Positions 1-10,204 of a DNA stretch of 64,000 nucleotides are shown here, in pieces. A program made the translations under genes and the position numbers. Below the pieces are notes generated by a model. It worked only from the letters and a program-made list of their open reading frames with translations, did not search any database and was not told where the DNA came from. The stretch covers positions 96,001-160,000 of the forward strand of contig CAXWPH010000014.1 of assembly GCA_963666055.2 (NCBI GenBank), read 5' to 3'. This stretch comes from Acidobacteriota bacterium (lineage in GTDB: Bacteria > Acidobacteriota > UBA890 > WLXD01). How positions within the stretch are numbered: position 1 is the first letter of the stretch; each line of letters begins with the position of its first letter.

Positions 1-1274
1 CGCGGCGACAGTGCAACCATCTCGTAGTCGAAGTGCGTGAAGCTATCGCCGGCCGCATCCTCGCCGATCAGATAGAAGGCCTGCTCGACGATCGACTGCA
101 GATACGACTGCCGGACGTCGATGACCGAGATGGCCCGGTCGGCGCGACCGAATCGCGCCTCCAGGCCAGCTCCCGACGTCGTGCGCCACACTCGGCTGCC
201 GTCGCGCTTGGGGCGACTTCCCGGCATGATCTCGTAGTTGAAGTCTCGTTCCAGTAGCCCGTACTTCCAGAAGTGGTGGGCGATGTCCTTGGCCACATAC
301 GTAGCCGTACCGTTCGAGCGCACCAGAACCTTGTCGGCCTCCTCGAGCTGCTCGAAGCCCTCCGTGCCGCTCAGACGTATTACCCAGCAGCCGGCGTGCT
401 TACCCTCCTCTACGAAGACGACTTGAGGGCTCGACTTGAGGCGCTCAAACGCCTCCGACCACAGATCGAGCTCCAGGATGTCGCCCTCCTTTACCAACAG
501 GTCGTATTCGATTCCCAGTCGCCCCATGGTGAGCAAGTGGCGCGCCACGACGCGCTCGGCGACTACGCGGCCCATCTCGGCCTCGACGCTGTCGCCCTCC
601 TCCAGCGCCAGCAATACCTCGCGGCGCCTCTCGGCTAGCCCTTCATCGTCCTGCAGGCGAGCGCTCACTTCCGTATACAGGTCCCAGCAGAGGTAGTCGA
701 AGGGCTCGGGAAGCTCACGGACCTCATCGGGTGACAAACGGCGCACGTCGAGGAAGCCGATCACCACATCGGCGACCTGCACGCCCGTATCATCGATGTA
801 GTTGTGGACCTCGACCGGGTGTCCGACCGTCGCGCAGATCTTCGCCAGCGTGTCACCCATACACGCGTTCCGGAGGTGTCCGACGTGCGCCGCCTTGTTG
901 GGGTTTACGCTGGTGTGCTCGATCAAGATCTTCTCGCGCCGCCCCGCCGGCACACCGTCGTCGAGGCCGTCGACTAGCCTCAGCAGGGCAGCCCCACGGT
1001 CGAGGTGGGCGTTGAGGAATCCGGGCCCGGCGATGCTCCATGACAACACACCAGCAACGGTGGACGTCTCCAGACACTCGATTAGTTGTTGCGCTAGCTC
1101 GCGGGGGTTGCGGCCCAGCTTCTTGGACAGCTGCAGAGCTATGGCGCACGCCAGGTCGCCCACCTCGGGCCGAGGTGGATCCTCGACCTGCGGCAACTCG
1201 ATCTGCTCACCAGTAACAGCGGCCACCGCAACTCGGATCGCCTCCGCGACGTGTGACCTCAATGTCTGCAGCAA
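1..1274 (-). CDS. argS: Arginine--tRNA ligase (3' end runs off the window)
   Basis: Absent from the ORF track because it has no stop in the window. Manual translation from TTG at 1274 gives ...GDLACAIALQLSKKLGRNPRELA...AGPGFLN...IEHTSVNPNKAAHVGHLRNA (HIGH-type motif) and ...HFDYEMVALSP at the window edge, in the same frame. Confidence 0.93.
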   Translation of the reverse strand, partial: MLQTLRSHVAEAIRVAVAAVTGEQIELPQVEDPPRPEVGDLACAIALQLSKKLGRNPRELAQQLIECLETSTVAGVLSWSIAGPGFLNAHLDRGAALLRLVDGLDDGVPAGRREKILIEHTSVNPNKAAHVGHLRNACMGDTLAKICATVGHPVEVHNYIDDTGVQVADVVIGFLDVRRLSPDEVRELPEPFDYLCWDLYTEVSARLQDDEGLAERRREVLLALEEGDSVEAEMGRVVAERVVARHLLTMGRLGIEYDLLVKEGDILELDLWSEAFERLKSSPQVVFVEEGKHAGCWVIRLSGTEGFEQLEEADKVLVRSNGTATYVAKDIAHHFWKYGLLERDFNYEIMPGSRPKRDGSRVWRTTSGAGLEARFGRADRAISVIDVRQSYLQSIVEQAFYLIGEDAAGDSFTHFDYEMVALSP

Positions 1275-1401
1275 GCTCTCTCTCCCGATGCGCCGAGCGC
1301 TGGGGCGTCAACGTCGTAGCCAATGCCCCAGGGCTTCGAGCCCGTGATATGTGCAGAGCCGTCAGGCTACCGCGTTCAGCGGGTTGGCCTTCTCATCTCA
1401 A

Positions 1402-2001
1402 CTAGAACGGCAACGTCCCCTGCACGCGGAACGTACGGCGGTGTACTTCAGAAAATCCCCGGCTCATGATCGCAGCGCGATGCTCAGCAGTGGCGTATCC
1501 CATATTGCGACTCAGCCCGTAACCACGAATGCTCTTGTCATACTGCCGGATGAGATCGTCGCGCACACACTTGGCGACTATGGATGCGGCAGCGATAGAA
1601 CAGCACCGCGCGTCACCCTTGATGATCGGAGTTTGCGGAATATCGAGAACGTCGAGCTCCATGGCGTCGATCAGCAAATGATCGGGGCGCCTTCGCAGCC
1701 CACGTACTGCCCTGACCATAGCGAGCCGCGAGGCTCGCAGGATATTGATCTGGTCGATCTCGGCGGCCGACGCCAAGCCTATCGCCCAGTCGATCGCGTG
1801 CTCCTGCAGTTGGATGAATAGCTCGAGCCGATGAGCGGCACTAAGCTGCTTGGAGTCGTTCAGCCCGGCCACCGGAATCTCCGGATCCAGGACCACCGCC
1901 GCGGCCAGCACGGGCCCGAACAGAGCGCCGCGACCTACCTCATCGATCCCCGCGACGTGTTCCGCTCCGCGTCGCTGCAGGTCCGCCTCGAACGGCTCCA
2001 T
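1402..2001 (-). CDS. rnhB: Ribonuclease HII
   Basis: Motifs AGIDEVGRG, LNDSK, LLIDA and IIKGD...SIAAASIVAK. The start may lie upstream, up to 2067. Confidence 0.95.
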   Translation of the reverse strand: MEPFEADLQRRGAEHVAGIDEVGRGALFGPVLAAAVVLDPEIPVAGLNDSKQLSAAHRLELFIQLQEHAIDWAIGLASAAEIDQINILRASRLAMVRAVRGLRRRPDHLLIDAMELDVLDIPQTPIIKGDARCCSIAAASIVAKCVRDDLIRQYDKSIRGYGLSRNMGYATAEHRAAIMSRGFSEVHRRTFRVQGTLPF

Positions 2002-2026
2002 CGCCACAAGCTGCAGCGGCACGGGC

Positions 2027-2380
2027 TCAGCGGAGGCGCTTTTCCTTGATCCGAGCTGCCTTGCCACGCAGCTCGCGAAGGTAGTAAAGCTTGGCGCGAC
2101 GCACCTTGCCCAACCGGACCACCTCGATCTTCTCGATGTTCGGCGAGTGCAGCGGAAAGATGCGCTCGACGCCGATACCCGAGGAGATCTTACGCACCGT
2201 AAAGGTGGCGTTCGTGCGGCTGCCGCGGCGGCCGATCACCACACCTTCGAATACCTGGATTCGTTGCTTGTTCCCCTCGATCACGCGCAAGTGCACCTTG
2301 ACCGTGTCGCCGGCAGCGAACTCCGGCCGATCGTCGCACATGTACGGGGCGTCGACGGCGTTCAGTAGTTCCATTGTCAT
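2027..2380 (-). CDS. rplS: 50S ribosomal protein L19
   Basis: GDTVKVH...[10 protein letters not shown]...[11 protein letters not shown]...[10 protein letters not shown]; an AGGAG SD precedes ATG 2380. Confidence 0.97.
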   Translation of the reverse strand: MTMELLNAVDAPYMCDDRPEFAAGDTVKVHLRVIEGNKQRIQVFEGVVIGRRGSRTNATFTVRKISSGIGVERIFPLHSPNIEKIEVVRLGKVRRAKLYYLRELRGKAARIKEKRLR

Positions 2381-2441
2381 CGTTCGTCCACTCCTGCGCC
2401 GGTCGGTCGAATGAGGGCCGCGCTGCCGGGCGCGTCGGGCG

Positions 2442-3230
2442 CTATTGTACCTCAGTAGAGCCTTTCTCGCGGTCGCTCTCGCCGCCGCGTAGCAGCGCAT
2501 CGACGAAGCGCCGATCCTCGCGATTGAGCTCCATTCCGTCGAGCAGATCGGGTCGCTTCAACGCAGTGTTGCGGAGAGCCTCCCGGCGCCTCCAGCGCTC
2601 AACAGCAGCGTGATTTCCCGACCGCAGCACCTCGGGTACCCGCCGCCCGGCGTACTCCGCCGGTCGCGTGTAGTGCGGATGATCGAGAAGTCCATCGACG
2701 AACGAGTCGTGCCGCGCCGAGTCCGGATCGCCCAATGCGCTCGGTATCAGCCGTACGACGCACTCGATGAGCACCATAGCGGCCAGTTCCCCGCCGGTCA
2801 GCACATAATCGCCAATTGATAGCTCGAGATCGATGCGATGCTGACGTACACGCTCGTCAACGCCTTCGTAACGACCGCAGACCAGCGTGAGTTGACAAGC
2901 GGTTGCAAGCTCCTGCGCCAGGCTGTGATCAAGCCGCCGTCCCTGTGGGGTGAGTAACGCCACCAGGCCGGGTTGGAGCTTGTTCGAACGAACGCTGGTG
3001 GCGACATGATCGAGGGCGCGGTACAACGGCTCCGGTTTGTAGACCATTCCGGCACCGCCGCCGAACGGCTCGTCATCGACCTGGCGGTGCGGTGGGTCCG
3101 CGAAGTCGCGAAGATCGTGGACTTGGATAGAGAACAGGCCCCGTTCGTGGGCCTTGCCTATGACCCCGGCAGCGAGCGGGCCCGGGAACATTCCCGGGAA
3201 AATCGTAATGATGTCGAAACGATGGCTCAT
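2442..3230 (-). CDS. trmD: tRNA (guanine-N1)-methyltransferase
   Basis: [44 protein letters not shown]. Confidence 0.97.
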   Translation of the reverse strand: MSHRFDIITIFPGMFPGPLAAGVIGKAHERGLFSIQVHDLRDFADPPHRQVDDEPFGGGAGMVYKPEPLYRALDHVATSVRSNKLQPGLVALLTPQGRRLDHSLAQELATACQLTLVCGRYEGVDERVRQHRIDLELSIGDYVLTGGELAAMVLIECVVRLIPSALGDPDSARHDSFVDGLLDHPHYTRPAEYAGRRVPEVLRSGNHAAVERWRRREALRNTALKRPDLLDGMELNREDRRFVDALLRGGESDREKGSTEVQ

Positions 3231-3231
3231 C

Positions 3232-3759
3232 TCAGCCCTGACGCTTCTGGCCATTGACCTCGAGCAGGCCGTCGGGCAAGCGCACTACGATGTGTCGGGC
3301 AGCGGGATCCGTGCTGACGAGCCACTCCCTCACCATTGGAACAAGGACGGTTTCGCCGTCCCACGCTACCTCGAGCATGTCGTGAGTGCCCTCCACAACG
3401 GCGATCACCCGTCCTTCGCCGCCGCCGCCCGCGTCCTCGACACTGTACCCAACCAGATCATCGACGTACCACTCGCCGGCGGGCAGCTCGGCCAGCCGAT
3501 CGCGTTTCACCTGCACGTCCGCTCCCCGAAGGCACTCGGCGTCGTCGCGATCGTCGCAGCCGTCGAGCGTCACCAGCAACCGGCCCTGGTGCGAGCGCAC
3601 GGATCCGATTCGGTACGGGGTCGGTCTCCCGACCCAGATCGGGGCTGACGGCGAGAGCGAGCCCAACGTGTCCCCGAGGGGAACGATCACGAGCTCGCCC
3701 CGCAATCCGTGGGGCTTGATTACCCGTCCTACCCGAACAAGATCGGGCTCGCCGCCCAT
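3232..3759 (-). CDS. rimM: 16S rRNA processing protein RimM
   Basis: VGRVIKPHGLRGE, EWYVDDLVG, VLVPMV; canonical rpsP-KH-rimM-trmD-rplS context. Confidence 0.93.
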   Translation of the reverse strand: MGGEPDLVRVGRVIKPHGLRGELVIVPLGDTLGSLSPSAPIWVGRPTPYRIGSVRSHQGRLLVTLDGCDDRDDAECLRGADVQVKRDRLAELPAGEWYVDDLVGYSVEDAGGGGEGRVIAVVEGTHDMLEVAWDGETVLVPMVREWLVSTDPAARHIVVRLPDGLLEVNGQKRQG

Positions 3760-3764
3760 GGTGC

Positions 3765-4001
3765 CTATTCGAGGATCTCGAGAACTGCCCGCATCTCGTG
3801 CTTCATACCAGCGGCAGCGAGCAGCGTGCGCATGGCACGCGCCGTGCGCCCTTGCTTGCCGATCACCTTGCCGAGGTCGCCCTGCGCCACCCGGAGCTCC
3901 AGCACTGTCGTCTGCTCGCCCTGAACCTCGGTGACGACTACGTCGTCGGGGTTGTCGACCAGGGCACGTGCTACCTCTTCGATCATCCGCTTGAGATTCA
4001 T
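3765..4001 (-). CDS. khpA: KH-domain RNA-binding protein KhpA
   Basis: ALVDNPDDV...[20 protein letters not shown]. Confidence 0.93.
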   Translation of the reverse strand: MNLKRMIEEVARALVDNPDDVVVTEVQGEQTTVLELRVAQGDLGKVIGKQGRTARAMRTLLAAAGMKHEMRAVLEILE

Positions 4002-4077
4002 CGATCGCACCTCTTCTTCAGCGTTGTTCATCAGTTCGTGGTGGTTGCGATCAGGTCGGTCGCGCCGGCTTTGGTAC

Positions 4078-4551
4078 TCAGACCTCGTTCGACTTTTCCT
4101 CAGCCTCTTCATCCGCCGAGGCGTCGCCCTCTACCTCTCCTTCCGCCGCATCCGCATCCGCTGCCGGCTCGGCGTCAGCTTCCTCGGCCGCCTGCTGAGC
4201 AACGGGGTCGCCCTCGGCGTCGGCGCTCACGTCAGCTGCCTCCACTTCTGCCGCCGCTTCGAGCTCCGCGTCGCTCGGAGCCGCAGGCGGGGCCTCGGAC
4301 ACCTCCTCCACGCTGCCCCTTTTTGCGCGCCGATAGAGACTACGAACAGTGTCGCTCATGCGGGCGCCTTGGCCGAGCCAGGTCTCAGTCCGTTCCATGT
4401 TGAAGAAGACCTCGGCCGGCTGTTGGCGCGGATGATAGTGCCCCAGGATCTCCAAGAACGCGCCATCACGGCCCGCCGCCCGGTCGGCAACGACGACACG
4501 ATAGTGCGGATCCTTCTTGGCGCCCGTACGACGCAAGCGAATCATCAGCAC
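4078..4551 (-). CDS. rpsP: 30S ribosomal protein S16 with long acidic C-terminal tail
   Basis: [20 protein letters not shown]...[12 protein letters not shown], followed by an Ala/Glu/Asp-rich extension. Confidence 0.96.
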   Translation of the reverse strand: MLMIRLRRTGAKKDPHYRVVVADRAAGRDGAFLEILGHYHPRQQPAEVFFNMERTETWLGQGARMSDTVRSLYRRAKRGSVEEVSEAPPAAPSDAELEAAAEVEAADVSADAEGDPVAQQAAEEADAEPAADADAAEGEVEGDASADEEAEEKSNEV

Positions 4552-4600
4552 GATGTTCCTCCTCTCACAGGTTATAACCGGAGCCTATGCGATCTTCGGA

Positions 4601-5932
4601 TCACAGACCCGGCAGGTTCGCCCAACGCATTCCGCCTCGACCCTTTTTGCCGAGCTTCTTCATCATCTTCTTTGTCTGGGCGAATCGTTTGAGTAGTCGA
4701 TTGACGTCTGGTACGCCGCTGCCGCTGCCTGCCGCTATCCTTAGCTTACGGCTGCGGCTGATGATCTGCGGTCGCCTCCGCTCTTGCACGGTCATCGAAT
4801 CGATGATCGCTTGGATCTTGCGCAGCTCGTCCTCGTCAGGCGCCATCTGTTTCAGGCCCGGAGTCGAGCTCGCCCCCGGAAGCATCTCGAGCAGCTCCGA
4901 AAACGGCCCCATTTTGCGAATCTGAGACAGCTGCTGCTGGAAGTCCTCGAGGTTGAGATCGCCACGCCGGGCACGCTTCTCCATATTTGCAGCGGCTTCG
5001 ACGTCAACATTTTCCTGCACCTTCTCGATGAGCGTCAGCACATCTCCCATACCGAGGACGCGCGAGGCTACCCGATCAGGGTGAAAGATCTCCAAGTCGT
5101 CGATCCCCTCACCCATCCCGGCGAAAAAGATCGGCAATCCCGTGACCGCCACCAGCGACAGCGCAGCGCCTCCTCGCGCGTCGCCGTCGAGCTTGGTCAA
5201 CACGTGGCCGTCGAGCTCTAGCGCCTCACCGAATGCCGTCGCTGCCTGGACGGCATCCTGGCCAACCATCGCGTCGGCGACATAGAGCACGCTCTCCGGG
5301 CTCACCCTGCTCGCAATGTCCTTGACCTCCGACATCATCTCGGCGTCGATGTGAAGGCGGCCGGCGGTATCCACCAGCAAGACATCGTCGCCGCGTCGTC
5401 GCGCCGCCGCGAGCGCCGCTCCCGCCAAGCCGACTGCCGTCGATTCGTCGCCGTCGTAGACGTGCAGGTTGGCGCTCTCGCCAAGAATCCGCAGCTGATC
5501 GCGCGCCGCCGGCCGATACACATCGACGCTTACCAAGTGTGGTGATCGGCCTCGCGAGCGCAGCCAGTTCCCGAGCTTGGCAACCGTGGTTGTCTTGCCC
5601 GTACCTTGCAGGCCAACAACCATGAGCACATGCGGCGTCGGGCCGTCCAATCGAAGCTGCTGCGGCGCCCCTCCGAGCAGCTCGATGAGCTCCTCATGAA
5701 CGATCTTGATCACCTGTTGGCCTGGCGACAGTGAGCCCGTCACCTCTTCGCCCAGCGCCTTGTCCTTGATGCGTGCCAGGAACTTCTTGACGACAGCGAA
5801 GTGAACGTCGGCCTCGAGCAGCGCCAGTCGGAGATCACGGGCTACTTCTGCGAAGCTCGCCTCGTCGATCTTGACGGTGCCGCGGAGCTTACGCAGCGTC
5901 CCCTGCAGGCGTTCGGTGAGGTGCTCGAACAT
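4601..5932 (-). CDS. ffh: Signal recognition particle protein Ffh
   Basis: GLQGTGKTT, DTAGR, TKLDGDARGGAALS and an M domain (RVLGMGDV, KMGP, SMT). Confidence 0.97.
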   Translation of the reverse strand: MFEHLTERLQGTLRKLRGTVKIDEASFAEVARDLRLALLEADVHFAVVKKFLARIKDKALGEEVTGSLSPGQQVIKIVHEELIELLGGAPQQLRLDGPTPHVLMVVGLQGTGKTTTVAKLGNWLRSRGRSPHLVSVDVYRPAARDQLRILGESANLHVYDGDESTAVGLAGAALAAARRRGDDVLLVDTAGRLHIDAEMMSEVKDIASRVSPESVLYVADAMVGQDAVQAATAFGEALELDGHVLTKLDGDARGGAALSLVAVTGLPIFFAGMGEGIDDLEIFHPDRVASRVLGMGDVLTLIEKVQENVDVEAAANMEKRARRGDLNLEDFQQQLSQIRKMGPFSELLEMLPGASSTPGLKQMAPDEDELRKIQAIIDSMTVQERRRPQIISRSRKLRIAAGSGSGVPDVNRLLKRFAQTKKMMKKLGKKGRGGMRWANLPGL

Positions 5933-5953
5933 GCGTCCGTGGGTCTCCGAGAC

Positions 5954-7159
5954 TCAGACAGACTCGAGTCTGTGGCCGAGCTTGTCTTTCTTGGTCTTGA
6001 GATAACGGCGCGTCATCTCCGACTGCGGAGGAATCTCGATGGGTACCCGTTCGGTGATTTCCAGCCCGTACCCCGACAGCCCCACGAACTTGCGTGGGTT
6101 GTTGGTCATCACACGCAACTTCGAAGCACCCAGATCGGTCAGCATCTGAGCACCAATACCATACTCGCGCTGATCCGCTTTGAAGCCAAGCGCTTCATTG
6201 GCCTCGACCGTATCGGCGCCCTGGTCCTGAAGCTCATAGGCCCGCAGCTTGTTGTGTAGCCCAATCCCGCGACCTTCCTGGCGCAGGTAGATGATGATGC
6301 CCCGGCCCTCGTCTGCGATGAGTCGCATAGCGAACTCCAGTTGCTGGCCGCAGTCGCACCGCACGGACCCGAACACATCTCCGGTCAGGCACTCGGAATG
6401 CACCCGGACCAGAACCGGCTCAATAGTGCTCACGTCGCCCATCACCAGCGCCACGTGCTCCTTCCCATCAAGTTCGTTCTCGTAGGCGTAAATCCGAAAG
6501 TCGCCGTGCCGGGTGGGCAGCTCCGGCGATGCCACCCTCCTCACGAATCGTTCGGTCTGCAACCGATACTGAATAAGGTCAGCGATGGCCACCACCTTGA
6601 TGCCGTGTAGCTCGGCGAAACGCTCGAGGTCAGGGACGCGCGCCATCGTGCCGTCCTCGTTCATCACTTCGCAGATGACGCCCGCTGGGTAGAGTCCGGC
6701 AATTCGCGCCAGATCGACCGCGGCCTCGGTCTGGCCGGCGCGCTGCAGCACGCCGCCGTCCACGGCGCGCAGCGGGAACATGTGACCGGGGCGCGCCAAG
6801 TCATCCGGCGATGTGTCGGGCTGAATCGCGGTAAGTACGGTGACGCTACGATCAGCGGCGGATATGCCCGTCGACACACCGCGCCTCGCCTCGATCGATA
6901 CACAGAATGCCGTGTTAAAACGCGAGGAATTCTCCGACACCATGAGCGGGATCTCAAGCTCCGCGAGGCGCTGGCGAGTCATCGACAGGCAGATCAGCCC
7001 GCGACCATGCTTGGCCATAAAGTTGATCGCCTCCGGCGTGACCTTCTCAGCGGCGATGGTCAGGTCGCCCTCGTTCTCCCGATCCTCATCGTCGACGACG
7101 ACCACCATGCGGCCGGCACGGATGTCGCCGATCGCCTCTTCAATGCTCGCAAAAGCCAT
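5954..7159 (-). CDS. ribBA: Bifunctional DHBP synthase / GTP cyclohydrolase II
   Basis: [22 protein letters not shown]...[18 protein letters not shown]. Confidence 0.97.
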   Translation of the reverse strand: MAFASIEEAIGDIRAGRMVVVVDDEDRENEGDLTIAAEKVTPEAINFMAKHGRGLICLSMTRQRLAELEIPLMVSENSSRFNTAFCVSIEARRGVSTGISAADRSVTVLTAIQPDTSPDDLARPGHMFPLRAVDGGVLQRAGQTEAAVDLARIAGLYPAGVICEVMNEDGTMARVPDLERFAELHGIKVVAIADLIQYRLQTERFVRRVASPELPTRHGDFRIYAYENELDGKEHVALVMGDVSTIEPVLVRVHSECLTGDVFGSVRCDCGQQLEFAMRLIADEGRGIIIYLRQEGRGIGLHNKLRAYELQDQGADTVEANEALGFKADQREYGIGAQMLTDLGASKLRVMTNNPRKFVGLSGYGLEITERVPIEIPPQSEMTRRYLKTKKDKLGHRLESV

Positions 7160-7175
7160 GGTGGCAGTCTTCCCG

Positions 7176-7814
7176 TCAGCCGGTACCGGAGCCTTCAGGG
7201 CCCTCGGCAGTAAGGCCGACTTCGCGTCTATGGTCGAGCTGTCGGGCTACGTATTTTCCCAGGATGTCGACTTCGAGGTTGAGCGTCTCGCAACGATCCT
7301 CGGAAATGAGGTTCGTCTGCTCGAGCGTATGCGGTACAAGTTGTACATCGAACAAGCGATCTTCGATGCTGGCGACGGTCAACGATACCCCGTTTACCGA
7401 CACCGAGCCTTTCGGCACGAGGTAGGCGCGCAGCCCGGCGGGGATTTCGAACGTAACGCGCAAGAAGTCCTCCTCGTCGAGCGTGCGCACGACGCGGGTC
7501 ACACCATCGACGTGCCCTTGGACAAAGTGTCCGCCGAATCGCTGCCCCACGCACAACGGGCGTTCGAGATTCACGGCAGTCCCGATCCGGTAAAGCGCTA
7601 CGTTGCTGCTCGCGATCGTCTCCGGGGAGACATCCGCCGAGAAAGCGTCGCCATCGATATCGAGCGCCGTCAGGCACACGCCGTCGACCGCGATGCTGTC
7701 ACCCTGCTCAAGCTCGGCGAGCACGCCCCTTGCCGCGATGCGAAGGCGCGAGCTTCTTGCGAGCGCTTCGACACCAACGACGACGCCGACTTCTTCGACC
7801 AAACCAGTGAACAT
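7176..7814 (-). CDS. ribE: Riboflavin synthase alpha chain
   Basis: N-terminal MFTGLVEE at 7814; [34 protein letters not shown]. Confidence 0.96.
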   Translation of the reverse strand: MFTGLVEEVGVVVGVEALARSSRLRIAARGVLAELEQGDSIAVDGVCLTALDIDGDAFSADVSPETIASSNVALYRIGTAVNLERPLCVGQRFGGHFVQGHVDGVTRVVRTLDEEDFLRVTFEIPAGLRAYLVPKGSVSVNGVSLTVASIEDRLFDVQLVPHTLEQTNLISEDRCETLNLEVDILGKYVARQLDHRREVGLTAEGPEGSGTG

Positions 7815-7879
7815 GACGATGAGGCTCCGACCGCCGTACACGTCGGTGGCGGGATGAAACGGAGGGTGGGTCCGGGACC

Positions 7880-9016
7880 CTAAGCGGGCGGTTCGGGCGG
7901 CTGGAGATACCCTTCTATGGCCCAATCGGGACCGAGCCGGTGCAGGCGAACTCGCTGCACCCGAGGCGCCGAGGCGAGCTCCGCAATGCCGTCGCCGCCC
8001 CAGAGCGGCAGCGCCTCTTGCCCGCCGATCAACAGCGGAGCGTAAAACAGCATCACCTTGTCGATTATACCAAGCTCGAACGCGTTGGTTAGCAGGGCGC
8101 TACCGCCCTCGATCAACACCGACGCCACATCGAGATCACCGAGTCGAGCCAGCATGTCCTCGAGATCGACGCGACCGCTAGACGTCGCCTTGGCGTCGAT
8201 GACCCGTGCACCGCTGGCCTCTAGACGTCGGCGCAACTTCACATCGCCCGCCGAGGTGGTGAACACCAGCGGCGCGCCGGCTGTCTCCTGCAGGAGCCGT
8301 GCATCGGGCGGCGTATCGAGCCGCGCGTCGACGACGACGCGATAGCGCGGCTGATGGGCGCCCGCTGCACGCGCGGTGAGTCGCGGATCGTCCGCGAGCA
8401 GCGTACCTATCCCGACGACCACAGCGTCAACAGTGCCGCGCACTTGGTGTGCGAAGTGCCGTGCCTCCTCGCCGGTGATCCACTGGGATCCTCCGCTGCT
8501 GGTGGCCATACGGCCGTCAAGCGACAAGGCGGCCTTGGCGATGACCAGAGGCCTACCGGTACGCTTGAGCTTCAGGTATGCGGCATTGAGCTCAGCGGCC
8601 TCGGTCGCCAACGGTCCGATCAAGACCTCCACTCCGGCGCCCCGTAGTGCCTCGAAGCCGCGGCCGGCAACACGCTCGTCGGGATCGCCGTGCGATGACA
8701 CCACAGCACGCACGCCGGCCGCAATGATCGCTTCCACACACGGTGGCGTTCGCCCCTGGTGGAAACAGGGTTCTACATTGGTGTATAGCGTCGCGCCGCG
8801 CGCCGCAGCACCAGCCTGTGCCAGGGCCACCTGCTCGGCGTGCGGATCGCCACTGCGACGGTGATACCCGCGGCCGATGACCTCACCATTGGTGACCAGT
8901 ACGGCGCCTACGAGTGGATTCGAGCCAGTGTCGCCACGCGCTTTGACCGCCAGATCGAGACACTCCTGAATATGGATCAGGTGCGCGTCGTCTTGGCTAG
9001 CCGGTCGATTGCTCAT
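7880..9016 (-). CDS. ribD: Riboflavin biosynthesis deaminase/reductase
   Basis: NPLVGAV, PHAE, EPCFHQGRTPPC, SLDG...SQWITG, LIEGG. Confidence 0.96.
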   Translation of the reverse strand: MSNRPASQDDAHLIHIQECLDLAVKARGDTGSNPLVGAVLVTNGEVIGRGYHRRSGDPHAEQVALAQAGAAARGATLYTNVEPCFHQGRTPPCVEAIIAAGVRAVVSSHGDPDERVAGRGFEALRGAGVEVLIGPLATEAAELNAAYLKLKRTGRPLVIAKAALSLDGRMATSSGGSQWITGEEARHFAHQVRGTVDAVVVGIGTLLADDPRLTARAAGAHQPRYRVVVDARLDTPPDARLLQETAGAPLVFTTSAGDVKLRRRLEASGARVIDAKATSSGRVDLEDMLARLGDLDVASVLIEGGSALLTNAFELGIIDKVMLFYAPLLIGGQEALPLWGGDGIAELASAPRVQRVRLHRLGPDWAIEGYLQPPEPPA

Positions 9017-9906
9017 CCGTCGGTCTCTCCGATCAGCGCTTCAACATAACCGGCGGCGTCGAATCTCGCGAGATCCTCTGCCCCCTCGCCCGTGCCTACG
9101 AACCTTATCGGCAGTGCTAGACGGCGCGCGATGGTCAAGGCCACCCCCCCCTTGGCGGTGCCGTCGAGCTTGGCGAGTACGAGCCCGGTGACGTCAGCGT
9201 AACGGAGAAACTGCTCGGCTTGCTGGAGACCGTTCTGACCAGTGGTGCCATCGAGTACCAGCAGGGTCTCGTGTGGCGCATCCTTTACAACCCGCGACGC
9301 GACGCGTCGGATCTTGTCGAGCTCGGACATCAAGTTGTCGTGCGTCTGCAGTCGACCAGCGGTGTCGATGATGCCGACGTCGGCCTTCCGTGCGACCACC
9401 GCTTCACAGGTGTCGAACACCACGGCTGCAGGATCGCCGCCGTGCGGGTGAGCAATGACCCTTACGTCGAGCCGGCGACCCCACGTCTGTAGCTGCTCAA
9501 CTGCCGCAGCCCGGAACGTGTCTGCGGCACCCAGGATCGCCGTTTGACCTCGGGCTTGATACCAGCGCGCCAGCTTGGCAGCGGTGGTCGTCTTGCCCGA
9601 CCCGTTGACCCCAACCAGCAGGACGATCAGCGGCCGCCGGGCCGGTGGATCGTTCTCGGCAGCCTCGAGGAACTCGACCATTGTCTCCACGAGCCGCGCC
9701 CGCGCGACACCCGGATCAGTGCTGGCGCCGCGAACTACCTGTAGCAGCTCATCGACAGTATCGACTGCAACGTCGGCACCGATGAGCGCTTCTTCCAGGG
9801 CCTCGAGGTCGCGCTCCGCCAGGAGCCCGCCGGGGAGCAGCCGTCCCAGCGCCGACGCCAACCGGACGCGGCTCTTGCTCAGCGAGCGTGTCAGGAAGTT
9901 GGCCAC
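9013..9906 (-). CDS. ftsY: SRP receptor FtsY
   Basis: GVNGSGKTTT, ADTFRAAA, DTAGR, KLDGTAKGG. The likely start is GTG 9906; the ORF-track extension to 10050 runs into a repeat element. Confidence 0.95.
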   Translation of the reverse strand: MANFLTRSLSKSRVRLASALGRLLPGGLLAERDLEALEEALIGADVAVDTVDELLQVVRGASTDPGVARARLVETMVEFLEAAENDPPARRPLIVLLVGVNGSGKTTTAAKLARWYQARGQTAILGAADTFRAAAVEQLQTWGRRLDVRVIAHPHGGDPAAVVFDTCEAVVARKADVGIIDTAGRLQTHDNLMSELDKIRRVASRVVKDAPHETLLVLDGTTGQNGLQQAEQFLRYADVTGLVLAKLDGTAKGGVALTIARRLALPIRFVGTGEGAEDLARFDAAGYVEALIGETDG

Positions 9907-9925
9907 CGTCGCCGGCCAGCGGATC

Positions 9926-10204
9926 CTAGCAGGCCGTGGTGAAAGTGTGGTGGGTCTGGTTACGGCGAGTTGGGGCCAGATACAAGGGGGCCTGACAATG
10001 GCGATGCCCCGGCCATCGTCGAGGAAGGCCAACGCCGCAAATGGCCCCAAGTCGCCGTAACCCTTCGGGCGGCAGGGGGTTGCGCGCGTATGCTGCGTTG
10101 TTCCTCGTCAACGATGCGGTAATCATCGCCTCCTCCTCTCTCCTTGCCTCCACTTCGCAAGACCCTGTCGCCAGACCCACCACACTTTCACCACGGCCTG
10201 CTAG
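9926..10204 (+). mobile_element. MITE-like element, family 1 copy A
   Basis: Perfect 30-bp terminal inverted repeats (CAGGCCGTGGTGAAAGTGTGGTGGGTCTGG at 9930-9959, complement at 10171-10200), flanked by CTAG on both sides. Near-identical copies lie at 11245 and 52076. No transposase. Confidence 0.88.

Noticed and set aside
9926-10183. Near-identical 66-109 aa ORFs repeated at 9.9, 11.2 and 52.0 kb
   Set aside because: They are translations of the repeat element. They have no recognisable domain or SD, and several frames are open as expected in GC-rich palindromic DNA.
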